Shown here: in pieces, positions 18,114-28,608 of the stretch
Position numbering within the stretch: position 1 is the first letter of the stretch
Layout of the letters: each line of letters opens with the position of its first letter
Made by a program: the position numbers and the translations under genes
The notes under the pieces: generated by a model
Seen by the model: the letters and a program-made list of their open reading frames with translations, nothing else
Told to the model about the DNA's origin: nothing
Databases searched by the model: none
Source of the DNA: Candidatus Cloacimonadota bacterium
GTDB taxonomy: Bacteria > Cloacimonadota > Cloacimonadia > Cloacimonadales > TCS61
NCBI GenBank assembly: GCA_030621085.1
Contig: JAUXIJ010000003.1
Span: 17,588-81,587, forward strand
DNA: 64,000 nt
Reading direction: 5' to 3'

Positions 18114-20437
18114 AATGCGAATATTCTTTCTTTTGTCTGGATGATAATATCTTTAGGTTCACCGAGTATTTTCAGAGATTGAAGCCCGCCTGCATTAACC
18201 ACATCTCTTACATTAAAAATATGTGGGTTCTCTAATTCTTCAATCCCACCTATTTCAAATTGCTTTGCCAGAGCAAACAATGTTTTCACAGTCTTTTCAG
18301 GTAGTTTTTTAAACCACTCATCATGTTTGTAGTGTAATGATTCTACTCTTTCCTTACGGCTTTTTGGAGCTATCCCAAATGCAATTTCTGCAAATACGTC
18401 ATAGATATCAAAGTCTTTTAATTTCATAAGTTCTTGAAGTAAGCGCACTCCATGTCCAGCATTGGGAAGGGAATCAATAATCTCCGAACGTTTTTGAGGG
18501 TCAATCCAGTATTTATGAAATTCTTCAAATGTTTTAACTTCTTTAACTAAATGTTCAGCAAGAATTTGTTTATACTCCTCCACACTGACCATTGCTAATT
18601 TTCCTTCTTTTTCGATAACAATAAAAGTTCCAGCAGGATTTATATGAACATCGAATCCTTCAACACGGATAATTTTTTCAGGTGGTTTGGGTGGAGTTGG
18701 TGGACTAGGTATCGTCGGTTTTATATTTATGTCTTTTCCTAATAAGCGGGTAGCATTTGTGTAATCATATACACGAAACATTAGTTTATTTGTAGGGAGA
18801 TGAATTCTTGAACCTCTACCCATCATTTGTTGAAAAGCAATCGGGGAACGAACATATTTAAAGAAAACTACATTCCTGATAATTGGAACATCAACACCGG
18901 TTGTAATCAAATCTACAGTAGTTGCAATAAAATGAGTTCGTTCAGAGCCACGTAGATCTGCAATAAATTCGCTACCACCAACAGAAGCAGTACATTTAAA
19001 AGCATAATTTTCCAATCTGTTCTGTCCTTTTCTTGAACACCAATCAGCATAAAGATTATTCATTTCAGTTGCCACTCTATCTGCATGTATATCACGAACA
19101 CAAAATATAACAGTTTTTTGGTGAGGACCACCTGTTTGAAGAAACATTTCAAAAAGGTCTTTACACATTATTTTTACCCGGTCCGGTAACATAATTACAT
19201 TTTCAAATGATGGCGCTTCATAATGCTCTCTTGTTTCAGTTGTCATAAGAGGTTGCCCTGTTATAGCATCCTCTAATTCTTTTTGCTCTATATCTTCTCG
19301 GGAAATACCTTTTTCATCCAAATCTACATCTCGTCGAATAATTTCACATGCTGGTAGATATCCATCTTCAATTCCTTGAGACATAGTATATTCATAAACA
19401 GGCTCGCCAAAATATATTATGTTATTTGCAGTAATTTTTTTGTCTTCTTTTCGCTCTGTTTCATCTCCACCTTCCCAATAGCGAGGAGTTGCTGTAAGAC
19501 CAATTTGAATAGCGTTTGGGTTTCTTTTCAGTATAATACTCCATTTACCCCAGGCACTTCTGTGACATTCATCTATGATAATATGGCTGAAATAGTTTTC
19601 AGGGTAATTCTCAAGAAAGAATTGGGCATCTTCATCTTCACCTGAAACATTTAAGGTTTGATAGGTTGCAATCAATATTCTGGCATTTTTTTGAGGATTT
19701 GAAGTTGTTACTGAAGCTGTGTTAGTTCCAAAAATATTTTGAAAAGCTCCTAACCCTTGTGTACGAAGTTCATCTCTATCACAGAGAAAAAGAGCACGAC
19801 GAAGCTGTCCGGCATCTGTAATCTTTTTCAAAAGATGAACTGCAATAAATGTTTTTCCCGAACCTGTAGCAAGGAAAAGGAGCATTCTTTTCCTACCTTG
19901 TGCTATTTTTTCAAGAGCTGCTCTAATTGCTGCATCCTGGTAATACCGACGACTGGCTTCACCTCTGCTATATTGAATAAGTAAAGGTTTGGTTTGTTCA
20001 CTTTCTAAAGACAATCCAATACCTTTCTCATAACGTTGACGAAGTTCGTTAGGATTAGGGAATTCTATTAAAGGTAGTGGTTTGGAAGTTTTTCCAGTAA
20101 AATTATCATATTCTACAAAAAGATGACCATTAGAAGAATATATAAACGGAACATGATTTAGTCGTCCGTATTTCTTTGCTTGTTCAAGACCTTTATCAGG
20201 AGGGTCATCACTTCGTTTAGCTTCTATTAATGCAACAGCAACAGGTTGTGAACTAATATTTACTCTTATTCGTAAAAGATAATCAGTTCTTCCTTTTCTT
20301 CTTCTTTGTGGTTTTCCATCTACGACATAAATGCCTTTTTCTGTTTCTTCTCGTTTAATAAGGTCTTCAGTCCATCCACAACGATGAAGAGCAGGGTCTA
20401 TTAGTTTTGCTCTTGTATCTGCTTCGCTAAGTGGCAT
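18110..20437 (-). CDS. hsdR: Type I restriction enzyme, R (endonuclease/translocase) subunit, EcoEI/EcoAI-like architecture
   Basis: 775 aa. N-terminus MPLSEADTRAKLIDPAL...TDYLL...LIEAKR is a PD-(D/E)xK-type HsdR_N. Helicase motifs TGSGKT, DECHR and TATP are present. The C-terminal region DIYDVFAEIAFG resembles the EcoEI_R_C domain. Confidence 0.9.
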   Translation of the reverse strand: MPLSEADTRAKLIDPALHRCGWTEDLIKREETEKGIYVVDGKPQRRRKGRTDYLLRIRVNISSQPVAVALIEAKRSDDPPDKGLEQAKKYGRLNHVPFIYSSNGHLFVEYDNFTGKTSKPLPLIEFPNPNELRQRYEKGIGLSLESEQTKPLLIQYSRGEASRRYYQDAAIRAALEKIAQGRKRMLLFLATGSGKTFIAVHLLKKITDAGQLRRALFLCDRDELRTQGLGAFQNIFGTNTASVTTSNPQKNARILIATYQTLNVSGEDEDAQFFLENYPENYFSHIIIDECHRSAWGKWSIILKRNPNAIQIGLTATPRYWEGGDETERKEDKKITANNIIYFGEPVYEYTMSQGIEDGYLPACEIIRRDVDLDEKGISREDIEQKELEDAITGQPLMTTETREHYEAPSFENVIMLPDRVKIMCKDLFEMFLQTGGPHQKTVIFCVRDIHADRVATEMNNLYADWCSRKGQNRLENYAFKCTASVGGSEFIADLRGSERTHFIATTVDLITTGVDVPIIRNVVFFKYVRSPIAFQQMMGRGSRIHLPTNKLMFRVYDYTNATRLLGKDINIKPTIPSPPTPPKPPEKIIRVEGFDVHINPAGTFIVIEKEGKLAMVSVEEYKQILAEHLVKEVKTFEEFHKYWIDPQKRSEIIDSLPNAGHGVRLLQELMKLKDFDIYDVFAEIAFGIAPKSRKERVESLHYKHDEWFKKLPEKTVKTLFALAKQFEIGGIEELENPHIFNVRDVVNAGGLQSLKILGEPKDIIIQTKERIFAL

Positions 20438-20489
20438 TTTATATTTTTTTATAATTTTGATTAAGTTTCATATTGATTTCTGTATTGAT

Positions 20490-21338
20490 TCACACCTTAC
20501 TCTTAAAAGAATAATTCTTCCCATCGAATTTGATATTTCCAGCTCGATTTATAGGATCATGTTCCAGGCAAACCAGCCAGTTTTCTTCTATTGCACGCTG
20601 ATAAAGTTCCTTACGTTTTTCCATAATTTCCACAGGATAGAGATCAAAACCCATTGTATATGGAATTCTTATGTGTGTGACCGCTGATACAATTCCTCCA
20701 AAATATACTGCAGTTTCTCCTTCTGATTTTATGAAAATTATCTGATGATGCTTGGTATGTCCACCTGTAATTTCGACACTGATCCCGGGAACAACTTCTA
20801 TATTGCCTTCGATGAGTTTAACCAGTCCTGTTTCCATAACAGGTATATAATTTTCCAGAAAGTACGTTCCTTTTGTTCTTTCATTGGGATGAATGGCTTC
20901 TTCCCATTCATCTTTCTGGAAGTAGTGAACTGCGTTTTTCAAAGTGGGAACTATATTGCCGGATTCATTCAATTTCGTGCAAGCACCCACGTGATCAAAG
21001 TGGAGGTGAGTAGCCACAACAACATCAATATCATCACAGGTTAATCCAATCTCAGCTAAAGACTGTTCTAATGAAGGTTCATAACTTATTCCGAAAATCT
21101 TTTTCTGTTTCTCAGTGAATTTATTTCCCTGTCCCGGATCGATGAGAATATTGTGCTCTGGAGTTTTTACAAGTAAAGGGTTAATGTTCAATTTTACTCG
21201 ATTCAATTCATCAGGCTGAATTAATTTTTGCCAGATAACTTTGGGAACAACTCCGAAATATCCGCCTCCATCCAGCCAGAAAGAACCATCATGAAGAAAA
21301 AAAAGTTCGTAATTACCTAATTGATATTTTTTTACCAT
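20490..21338 (-). CDS. MBL-fold metallo-hydrolase
   Basis: 282 aa. Contains the HLHFDHVGA metallo-beta-lactamase motif. Confidence 0.8.
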   Translation of the reverse strand: MVKKYQLGNYELFFLHDGSFWLDGGGYFGVVPKVIWQKLIQPDELNRVKLNINPLLVKTPEHNILIDPGQGNKFTEKQKKIFGISYEPSLEQSLAEIGLTCDDIDVVVATHLHFDHVGACTKLNESGNIVPTLKNAVHYFQKDEWEEAIHPNERTKGTYFLENYIPVMETGLVKLIEGNIEVVPGISVEITGGHTKHHQIIFIKSEGETAVYFGGIVSAVTHIRIPYTMGFDLYPVEIMEKRKELYQRAIEENWLVCLEHDPINRAGNIKFDGKNYSFKSKV

Positions 21339-21359
21339 TTTCTTTACCTTTATATTTTT

Positions 21360-21752
21360 TTAATGAATTATAGAATTAATATAATCAACTATTTCATTAG
21401 TAGGTGCTCCCGGTGTGAAGATTCTTTTAACTCCCATTTGTATAAGTTTTTTTATATCTTCTTCTGGTATAATCCCACCACCTATCACAATTATATGTTC
21501 AGCATTTTTTTGTTTTAATAGTTTAAGTATTTTTGGAAAAATCGTCATGTGAGCTCCGGAAAGAATGGAAAGTCCGACGATATCTACATCTTCCTGAATT
21601 GCTGCTTCCACAATACTTTCCGAAAGTTGATGAAGTCCGGTATAAATTACTTCAAAGCCAGCATCACGTAAAGCAGCAGCTATAACCTTTGCTCCTCTGT
21701 CATGTCCGTCAAGACCGGGTTTACCGATTAAAATTCTAATTTTTTTTTCCAT
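21360..21752 (-). CDS. B12-binding small subunit of an acyl-CoA mutase
   Basis: 130 aa. Contains [16 protein letters not shown], the DxHxxG cobalamin-binding motif. Confidence 0.9.
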   Translation of the reverse strand: MEKKIRILIGKPGLDGHDRGAKVIAAALRDAGFEVIYTGLHQLSESIVEAAIQEDVDIVGLSILSGAHMTIFPKILKLLKQKNAEHIIVIGGGIIPEEDIKKLIQMGVKRIFTPGAPTNEIVDYINSIIH

Positions 21753-21763
21753 TGTTCCTCCAT

Positions 21764-23395
21764 CTAGAAGATGATGGGTTCCTTATAAATTCCGAACACT
21801 TCTTTTAAAGTTCCGCACATTTCGCCAAGTGTAGCATATTCTCGAACACAATCCAATATTCTGGGCATTAAATTTTCTCCGTTCTCAGCAGCTTCTCGAA
21901 GTTTGATCAAAGTTTTTTTTACTTTGGAATTATTTCTTTCTTCCTTCACTTTTTTAAGTGATTTTTTCTGATCGAGTTCTACTTCTTCCGGGATTTTCAA
22001 AAGATCGATTTCAACATTTTCTTTTTCTTCAAAAATATTAACACCTACGTGATATTTTTCTTTCTTTTCCAATGCTTTCTGATATTCATAGGCACTTCTG
22101 GAGATTTCTCTCTGGAAGAATCCTTTTTCTATTGCAGGAACAACACCACCTAAAGTTTCAATCTTATCGAAATATTCAAAGGTTAGTTTTTCCAATTTAT
22201 CAGTTAAAGCTTCCACATAATATGAACCTCCGAGAGGATCTATCGTATTTGCAGCACCGGTTTCATAAGCAATCAGTTGCTGGGTTCGAAGAGCTATTTT
22301 CACAGCTTTTTCCGTGGGAAGTGCATAAGTTTCATCCATAGAATTTGTGTGAAGTGATTGTGTTCCACCTAAAACGGCAGCTAAACCCTGAAATGCAGTT
22401 CTGATGATATTATTTTCCGGTTGTTGAGCTGTAAGACTGCAACCGGCAGTTTGAGTATGGAATCTGACGAGATATGATTTCGGATTTTGAGCATGATATT
22501 TATCTTTCATTAGTTTTGCCCAAATCCTACGAGCAGCTCGATATTTAGCAATTTCTACAAAGAAATCTAAATGAGAATTAAAAAAGAATGATAAACGAGG
22601 AGCGAAAGTATCGACTGGAAGACCTGCTTTGATCCCGTAATCGACATAAGTGTAACCATTTGCGAGTGTGAATGCAAGTTCTTGAAGTGCAGTAGAACCA
22701 GCTTCGCGGATATGATAACCGGAAATTGAAATCGTATTCCATTTAGGAACATTTTCAGTGCAATATTCAAGAATATCTGTTATAATTCTCATTGAAGGTT
22801 CGGGAGGATAGATCCAGGTTTTTTGAGCTTGATATTCTTTGAGCATATCATTCTGGATTGTACCGGTTAGAACTTCTTTCGGAACGCCTTGCTTTTCTCC
22901 AACCACTATATACATTGCCAGCAGCATTGCGGCAGGTGGATTGATGGTCATGGAAGTTGAGATTTTTTCCAGGGGAATACCATCAAAAAGTATTTCCATA
23001 TCACGCAGGGTATCGATCGCAACACCACATTTCCCGACTTCACCTTGAGCAAATGGATCATCGGAATCTTTTCCGTATAAAGTAGGAAAATCAAAAGCAA
23101 CTGATAATCCGGTTTGTCCATGCTTTAATAAATATTTGTATCGATTATTAGTATCTTTTGGAGTTCCGAAACCGGAAAATTGACGCATTGTCCACAATCT
23201 TCCACGATACATTGTTGATTGAACTCCACGAGTATATGGATATTCTCCCGGATAATTCAAGTCTTTATCATAATCAAGATCTTTATTATCATCGGGAGTG
23301 TATAAAGGATTTATTTTAATTTTTGAAAGATTGGAGAAGTTAATATCTCTTTCTTTTAATTTTGAAAATTTTTCTTTCCAATTGTCTTTGCTCAC
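21764..23395 (-). CDS. Acyl-CoA mutase large (catalytic) subunit; active-site residues look isobutyryl-CoA-mutase-like rather than methylmalonyl-CoA-mutase-like
   Basis: 543 aa. GTG start after GGAGG. Strong similarity by eye to MutB (YTRG, LSVAFD, GTIQND, ISISGYH, SLHTNS). It has TMRQFSGF and EYQAQKTW where MCM has RQYAGF and FMVRNTY. Confidence 0.9.
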   Translation of the reverse strand: MSKDNWKEKFSKLKERDINFSNLSKIKINPLYTPDDNKDLDYDKDLNYPGEYPYTRGVQSTMYRGRLWTMRQFSGFGTPKDTNNRYKYLLKHGQTGLSVAFDFPTLYGKDSDDPFAQGEVGKCGVAIDTLRDMEILFDGIPLEKISTSMTINPPAAMLLAMYIVVGEKQGVPKEVLTGTIQNDMLKEYQAQKTWIYPPEPSMRIITDILEYCTENVPKWNTISISGYHIREAGSTALQELAFTLANGYTYVDYGIKAGLPVDTFAPRLSFFFNSHLDFFVEIAKYRAARRIWAKLMKDKYHAQNPKSYLVRFHTQTAGCSLTAQQPENNIIRTAFQGLAAVLGGTQSLHTNSMDETYALPTEKAVKIALRTQQLIAYETGAANTIDPLGGSYYVEALTDKLEKLTFEYFDKIETLGGVVPAIEKGFFQREISRSAYEYQKALEKKEKYHVGVNIFEEKENVEIDLLKIPEEVELDQKKSLKKVKEERNNSKVKKTLIKLREAAENGENLMPRILDCVREYATLGEMCGTLKEVFGIYKEPIIF

Positions 23396-23409
23396 CTGGC
23401 CTCCTTCAT

Positions 23410-24339
23410 CTAAAAAATCTTTTTTGCAATTTCATCTATAATATAATGAGGAGTTATTTTACGTTCGTATGCTTTGTCTATCATTTTCTTTAGTTGTTTT
23501 TGATCTATTACATATTCATGCAGATGAGTTTTTATTTTTTCTTCGATCAATTCATTTACTCTTATTACTAATTTATTTTTTCTTTCAGTCTCAAGTTTAC
23601 CACTTTTTTCTAAATATTCTTTGTGAGATTTAATAGTGGATACAAGTTCGTCGATTCCAATGTTTTCAATTGCAGTGGTCTTTAAAATTGGATAATGCCA
23701 ATCAGAATTATGTACTCTCAATTCAAAGGCAAATTTCATCTCCATAATTAATCTGTCGGCTCCAGTTCGATCACCTTTATTAACAACCAGTATGTCTGCA
23801 ACCTCCAGAATACCAGCTTTCATTGCCTGGATCGCATCGCCGGATTCAGGAACCAATGTAACAACAGTTGTATCACAAACCTGGGCAATATCCAATTCCA
23901 CCTGTCCCACGCCAACAGTTTCGATCAATACATAATCAAATCCAGCAGCATCCAGAACCAGTGCAACATCTTTTGTTTTGGAAGCCAATCCACCCAGACT
24001 TCCCCTTGTAGCCATACTCCTGATAAAAACATTTTCATTCAAAGCCAGATCATTCATACGGATTCTATCACCGAGTAAAGCACCACCGGAAAAAGGAGAT
24101 GTGGGATCTACTGCAATGATTCCTACTTTTTTATTATTTTCTAATAATTTTGGAACCATAGCATTTACAAGAGAAGATTTCCCTGCACCGGGAGGTCCTG
24201 TAATTCCAATGTAATACGCGTTTCCTGTGTGAGGAAAAATATCTTCTAAAAGTTTGGGATCAGTACCATTTTCGATTTTTGTAATTACACGAGCTATTGC
24301 TGGTTTTTCACCTTTTAGAAATCTTTGTAATAATTCCAT
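23410..24339 (-). CDS. meaB: MeaB/ArgK-type G3E GTPase (mutase chaperone)
   Basis: 309 aa. P-loop [16 protein letters not shown] and VVNKGD motifs. Confidence 0.9.
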   Translation of the reverse strand: MELLQRFLKGEKPAIARVITKIENGTDPKLLEDIFPHTGNAYYIGITGPPGAGKSSLVNAMVPKLLENNKKVGIIAVDPTSPFSGGALLGDRIRMNDLALNENVFIRSMATRGSLGGLASKTKDVALVLDAAGFDYVLIETVGVGQVELDIAQVCDTTVVTLVPESGDAIQAMKAGILEVADILVVNKGDRTGADRLIMEMKFAFELRVHNSDWHYPILKTTAIENIGIDELVSTIKSHKEYLEKSGKLETERKNKLVIRVNELIEEKIKTHLHEYVIDQKQLKKMIDKAYERKITPHYIIDEIAKKIF

Positions 24340-24361
24340 TAAATATTAACTTCCTTTAAGA

Positions 24362-25549
24362 TTATAAGCATTCAAAAATTATTTCGGAAATATCCATAAC
24401 TATGATATCAACATCCATCGATTTCAAAGTTTCTTCAAACATCTGCAGGCAGTATGGACAGGCAACTGCAATGATGTCAGCGCCAGTATCCATCAATTGT
24501 TTCAGACGGACATTGACAATGCGTTCATCTTTTTCCCATTCCAGCCACAAGCCACCACTTCCTGCTCCACAACACAGACTTAAATTTCGATTGAAATTTT
24601 CTACTTCCAGAAATTCCAGTCCAGGGATATTTTTCAATATATTTCGTGGTTCCTCATAAATATTATTTTTACGGCCAAGAGTACACGGGTCATGGTAAAC
24701 TACTTTTTTATCAAAGCTTTTATTGAGTTTTAATTTTCCTGTATCGATAAGGTGTGAAAAATATTGTGTAGTGTGTAGAACTTCAAAATCAGCTCCAAAA
24801 TCAGGATATTCATTTTTGAAGGTAGTAAAACAATGAGGAGAGGTTACGAGTACTTTTTTTACACCTGAATCTTTAAATTCTTTAATATTGGCTTTGGTAA
24901 CTTCTTCGAAAATATTTTCAGCACCGATTCTTCTTATTACTTCTCCACAGCAGGTTTCTTTTACTCCGAGAATTCCAAATGACACTTCACATTTCTGTAA
25001 AATTCCAACTGTGGCTTGAGCTACTTTTTGATTTCTGGTTTCGTATGCAGGCAGGCAGCAAGGAAAATATAAATATTCTATTCCTTGTTGAAAATCAGGA
25101 ACATTTAATCCTTTTGCCCAATCTGCTCTATTTTCTCTATGTTCACCAAAAGGATTTCCCACGTTATGTGTTTTTTGGACTATAGATTTTAAAGTTTCCG
25201 GATAGGAATCAAAATCAACCAGGAGACGACGAGCAGCACGAAGTATATTTGGTGTGCTGATACCGTGAGGACATTGTTCAAGACAGGCTTCGCAACCAAC
25301 GCAACGATAGATCAACTCAATTTCTTTATCTAATTCTTTCTTATCTTCGCTACTTGCAACTGCTCCCAGAGCTGTTTCAAGAGAAAACTTGAACACAGGA
25401 TAATCATATATTTCAACCTGGAACCAGGGACAGGCGCTTGTACATTTTCCACATTGATAACATTTATAGATATCTTCCGCTCCCATTTCAATAAGAATAT
25501 CTCTTATCTCAGGATTTATCTCGGTTGTAAGATTTTTTTTATCTTTCAA
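24362..25549 (-). CDS. HdrD/GlcF-like Fe-S oxidoreductase (2x[4Fe-4S] ferredoxin part + two CCG domains), apparently soluble
   Basis: 395 aa. TTG start after GAGGA. Contains CYQCGKCTSACP, CVGCEACLEQCP and CCG-type cysteine motifs (FPCCLP, CCGAGSG). I see no N-terminal hydrophobic segment. Confidence 0.8.
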   Translation of the reverse strand: MKDKKNLTTEINPEIRDILIEMGAEDIYKCYQCGKCTSACPWFQVEIYDYPVFKFSLETALGAVASSEDKKELDKEIELIYRCVGCEACLEQCPHGISTPNILRAARRLLVDFDSYPETLKSIVQKTHNVGNPFGEHRENRADWAKGLNVPDFQQGIEYLYFPCCLPAYETRNQKVAQATVGILQKCEVSFGILGVKETCCGEVIRRIGAENIFEEVTKANIKEFKDSGVKKVLVTSPHCFTTFKNEYPDFGADFEVLHTTQYFSHLIDTGKLKLNKSFDKKVVYHDPCTLGRKNNIYEEPRNILKNIPGLEFLEVENFNRNLSLCCGAGSGGLWLEWEKDERIVNVRLKQLMDTGADIIAVACPYCLQMFEETLKSMDVDIIVMDISEIIFECL

Positions 25550-25643
25550 GTTTATCCTCTATTTATTGCGTTCCCAAAAAGGGCTTCCAAGCGATGCTGC
25601 ATGGCGTTGTGGGAACAAGAATCGAGAGTTGTGCATTTATTAT

Positions 25644-27626
25644 TTAACATTCTCGTTCCAATGCCTTTGCGTTGGATCGTAAGAGTACACTTATCATATT
25701 ATCTATCTGTATATCAGTCAGATTTTTTTGCTGTGAAGCTCCAGAAGGACAGGCACTGATGCAGGCTCCGCAACCTTCACAAAGAATCTCATTCACAGAA
25801 ACTATTTTTTTTCTCTCATCCATTTCCCTGGCATCATAAGGGCAGGTTGTAATACAAATACCGCAACCTGAACATAAATCTTCGTCCACGCTTGCGATAA
25901 TAGGTGAATGAGAAATTTCGTCACTGGAAAAAAGAGTTAAAACTTTAGCTGCGGCGCCCGATGCTTGCGAGACCGTATCAGGAATATCTTTGGGTCCCTG
26001 TGCCGTGCCTGCCAGATAAAATCCAGGTACAAGAGATTCTACAGGACGTAATTTCGGGTGAGCTTCGGTGAAGAAACCAAAATCGTTTGTATGTATTCTT
26101 AACGCTTTTGCCAGATCCAATGCTCCTGATGAGGGAACCATTGACATTGATAGAACTACCATATCACATTTTACACGAAGCTGTTTCCCCGTGAGAGTAT
26201 TGATGCACCAGACAACCAGATCATTTCCCTGTTTAATTATTCTCGCAGGTTTTCCCCTGATGTACAAAATATTTCCTTCTTCTTTTGCTCTGGTGAGAAA
26301 TTCTTCATAATCTTTTCCACTGGTTCTGATATCAATAGAGAAAACAATAGCTTCACCATCCGGGACATGTTCTTTGTAAAGTAGAGCGTGTTTAACCATA
26401 TACATGCAGCATATTTTGGAACAATAGGGAAGGTGATGTTCAGGATCGCGGGAGCCAACGCAGGAAATAAAAGCTATTCTTTTTGGGATTTTATTATCGG
26501 ATGGTCTGTGAATTTCTCCCTGAGTTGGTCCGGAAGCAGAGAGTAATCTCTCAAATTGTAATCCATTTATCACATCAGGATATTCTCCTGCTCCATACTC
26601 GAGCATGTTTTTCATTGGATACAGTTCATATCCTGTGGCAACAACAACAGCACCCACTTCTTCTTCAATTATCTCATCTTTTTGTTTGAAATCAATAGCA
26701 TTCAAAGTGCATACAACCTGGCATACACCACACTTTCCATCTTTCAAAAAGTAGGTGCAATTTTCTTTATCGATAACGGGTTTATTGGGAACAGCTTGTG
26801 GGAATGGTGTATAGATAGCTTTTCTTTTTCCCATACCTTCATCAAATTCTGAATCAACACTCACAGGGCATTTTTCGCTGCAAACACCACAACCCGTACA
26901 TTTGCTGTTATCTACGTAAGATGCTTTCCTTCTGATCTTGATTTTGAAATTTCCTACACTTCCTGAAATTTCTTCTAATTCTGAATAAACATATAAATTG
27001 ATATTCTCATGTTGGAAAACTTCAACCATTTTGGGAGTTAATATACATTGAGAACAATCCAGGGTAGGAAAAGTTTCAGAAAGTTGAGCCATATGCCCAC
27101 CGATCGAGGGGCTTTTTTCAATTAAGATCACTTTGTGACCTGAGTTGGCAATATCCAGTGATGCCTGAATACCGGCAATACCTCCACCGATTACCAGAGC
27201 CTTTGGATTTACTTTGACTTTTACAGGAGAAAGAGATTCATTCAGTTTTGCTTTTTCAATTATCGATTCAATTATACTAATTGCCTTAGGAGTTGCTTCT
27301 TTGATATCTGAATGAACCCAACTGCATTGTTCTCTTATATTTGCAATCTCAGTAAGATAGGGATTTAGACCCGCTTTCTCCGCAGTATTTCTGAAAGTTA
27401 GTTCATGCAAAGATGGGGAACAGGCAGCTATAACTATGCCATCCAGTTTTTTATCTTTTATGTTTTTTTTAATTAAATCCTGCCCCGGATCAGAACACAT
27501 ATATTGATAATCAGTACAAAAAACAACTCCGGGATATTTTTTTATTTCTTCAACAACTTTATTGATATTAACAGTTGCACTAATATTTCTACCGCAATGA
27601 CAAACAAATACTCCAATTTTCTTCAA
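25644..27626 (-). CDS. HdrA-like FAD/Fe-S oxidoreductase
   Basis: 660 aa. N-terminus KIGVFVCHCGRNI, FAD motif VIGGGIAGIQASLDIA, and several CxxCxxCxxxCP ferredoxin motifs (CTGCGVCSEKCP, CSGCGICITTCP, CEGCGACISACP). Apparent TTG start. Confidence 0.85.
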   Translation of the reverse strand: MKKIGVFVCHCGRNISATVNINKVVEEIKKYPGVVFCTDYQYMCSDPGQDLIKKNIKDKKLDGIVIAACSPSLHELTFRNTAEKAGLNPYLTEIANIREQCSWVHSDIKEATPKAISIIESIIEKAKLNESLSPVKVKVNPKALVIGGGIAGIQASLDIANSGHKVILIEKSPSIGGHMAQLSETFPTLDCSQCILTPKMVEVFQHENINLYVYSELEEISGSVGNFKIKIRRKASYVDNSKCTGCGVCSEKCPVSVDSEFDEGMGKRKAIYTPFPQAVPNKPVIDKENCTYFLKDGKCGVCQVVCTLNAIDFKQKDEIIEEEVGAVVVATGYELYPMKNMLEYGAGEYPDVINGLQFERLLSASGPTQGEIHRPSDNKIPKRIAFISCVGSRDPEHHLPYCSKICCMYMVKHALLYKEHVPDGEAIVFSIDIRTSGKDYEEFLTRAKEEGNILYIRGKPARIIKQGNDLVVWCINTLTGKQLRVKCDMVVLSMSMVPSSGALDLAKALRIHTNDFGFFTEAHPKLRPVESLVPGFYLAGTAQGPKDIPDTVSQASGAAAKVLTLFSSDEISHSPIIASVDEDLCSGCGICITTCPYDAREMDERKKIVSVNEILCEGCGACISACPSGASQQKNLTDIQIDNMISVLLRSNAKALEREC

Positions 27627-27629
27627 GTT

Positions 27630-28598
27630 TTATTTCAACTCCATCACCTTTTCTTTCAGCACAGGTACAACTTTGAACAAATCGTCAGCTATTCCATAAT
27701 CCGCTTCATTAAATATTGGGGCATTTGGGTCTTTATTAATTGCAATTATGGTTTCAGCTCCCTTCATACCGGAAACATGCTGAAAAGCACCTGAAATACC
27801 TACAGCAATATATAATTTGGGTTTGATGGTTTTACCGGATGAACCTACCTGTCTGTCTTTGGGAAGCCAGTCAGCATCTACGATGGGTCTGGAACAAGCT
27901 ACAACACCACCGATTGCATCAGCGAATTCTTCTACCATTGCCAGATTTTCCTGCTCTTTAATTCCTCTTCCAATTCCAATAACAACATCCGATTTTGTGA
28001 TATCAACATCACCGGCAGGAGTTTCTATATATTCCACAAATTTGCGGTAATCAGGTTCAGTAACAGAAGTATCGATATTTGCGATCTCAGTTTTCAGATC
28101 ACTTTCCTCTGCCAGGAAACAACCCGCTCTCACTGTAAATAAGTACGAAGGATTATCTCGAACTGCAATTTTTGCATTAAGCTTTCCATCATACACCTGG
28201 CGTGTAACTGTTATTTTATTATCAACAACATCGATATCAAGGCAATCGGTAGTGAAAGGAATTTCTAATTGAGTGGCAAGGGCAGGACAAAGATCCATCC
28301 CGAAAGCTGTATGACCCATTAAAGTGATGAAAGGATTTGCTTTCTTTATTATATCGGAAAGAGCTAATTGGTAAGATTCGGAGTTGTAATCTTTAAAAAC
28401 TTCGCTATCAATAACGAGTATACGATGTGCCTGTGATTTGATTTTTCCCACGAGATTTTCTGTATTATGTCCAAGAATTAATGCAGTAAGATTAGAATTC
28501 GTTTTTTCTGCCAGCTTTCTACCGCAACTTAGCAGTTCAAAGCTAATATCCCTGATTTCACCTTGACGATGTTCTATAAGTGTATATATTTCTGACAT
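27630..28598 (-). CDS. etfA: Electron transfer flavoprotein, alpha subunit
   Basis: Track ORF 27630-28643. The likely start is Met16 (MSEIYTLIEH, cat at 28596-28598), preceded by GGGAGG and clear of the etfB stop. C-terminal motif PKLYIAVGISGAFQHVSGM. Confidence 0.9.
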   Translation of the reverse strand: MSEIYTLIEHRQGEIRDISFELLSCGRKLAEKTNSNLTALILGHNTENLVGKIKSQAHRILVIDSEVFKDYNSESYQLALSDIIKKANPFITLMGHTAFGMDLCPALATQLEIPFTTDCLDIDVVDNKITVTRQVYDGKLNAKIAVRDNPSYLFTVRAGCFLAEESDLKTEIANIDTSVTEPDYRKFVEYIETPAGDVDITKSDVVIGIGRGIKEQENLAMVEEFADAIGGVVACSRPIVDADWLPKDRQVGSSGKTIKPKLYIAVGISGAFQHVSGMKGAETIIAINKDPNAPIFNEADYGIADDLFKVVPVLKEKVMELK

Positions 28599-28608
28599 TT
28601 GAACCTCC

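Noticed and set aside
25550-25643. Inverted 7-mer (gttccca / tgggaac on the minus strand) in the HdrA/HdrD-like spacer as a regulatory RNA element
   Set aside because: The arms are short with a ~35-nt poorly paired interior, and nothing supports conservation. This is not distinguishable from chance.
25644-27626. Possible selenocysteine (in-frame TGA) in the HdrA-like gene, as occurs in some HdrA homologues
   Set aside because: The ORF is uninterrupted over 660 codons, and the usual position carries Cys in the N-terminal CHCG motif. No recoding is needed.
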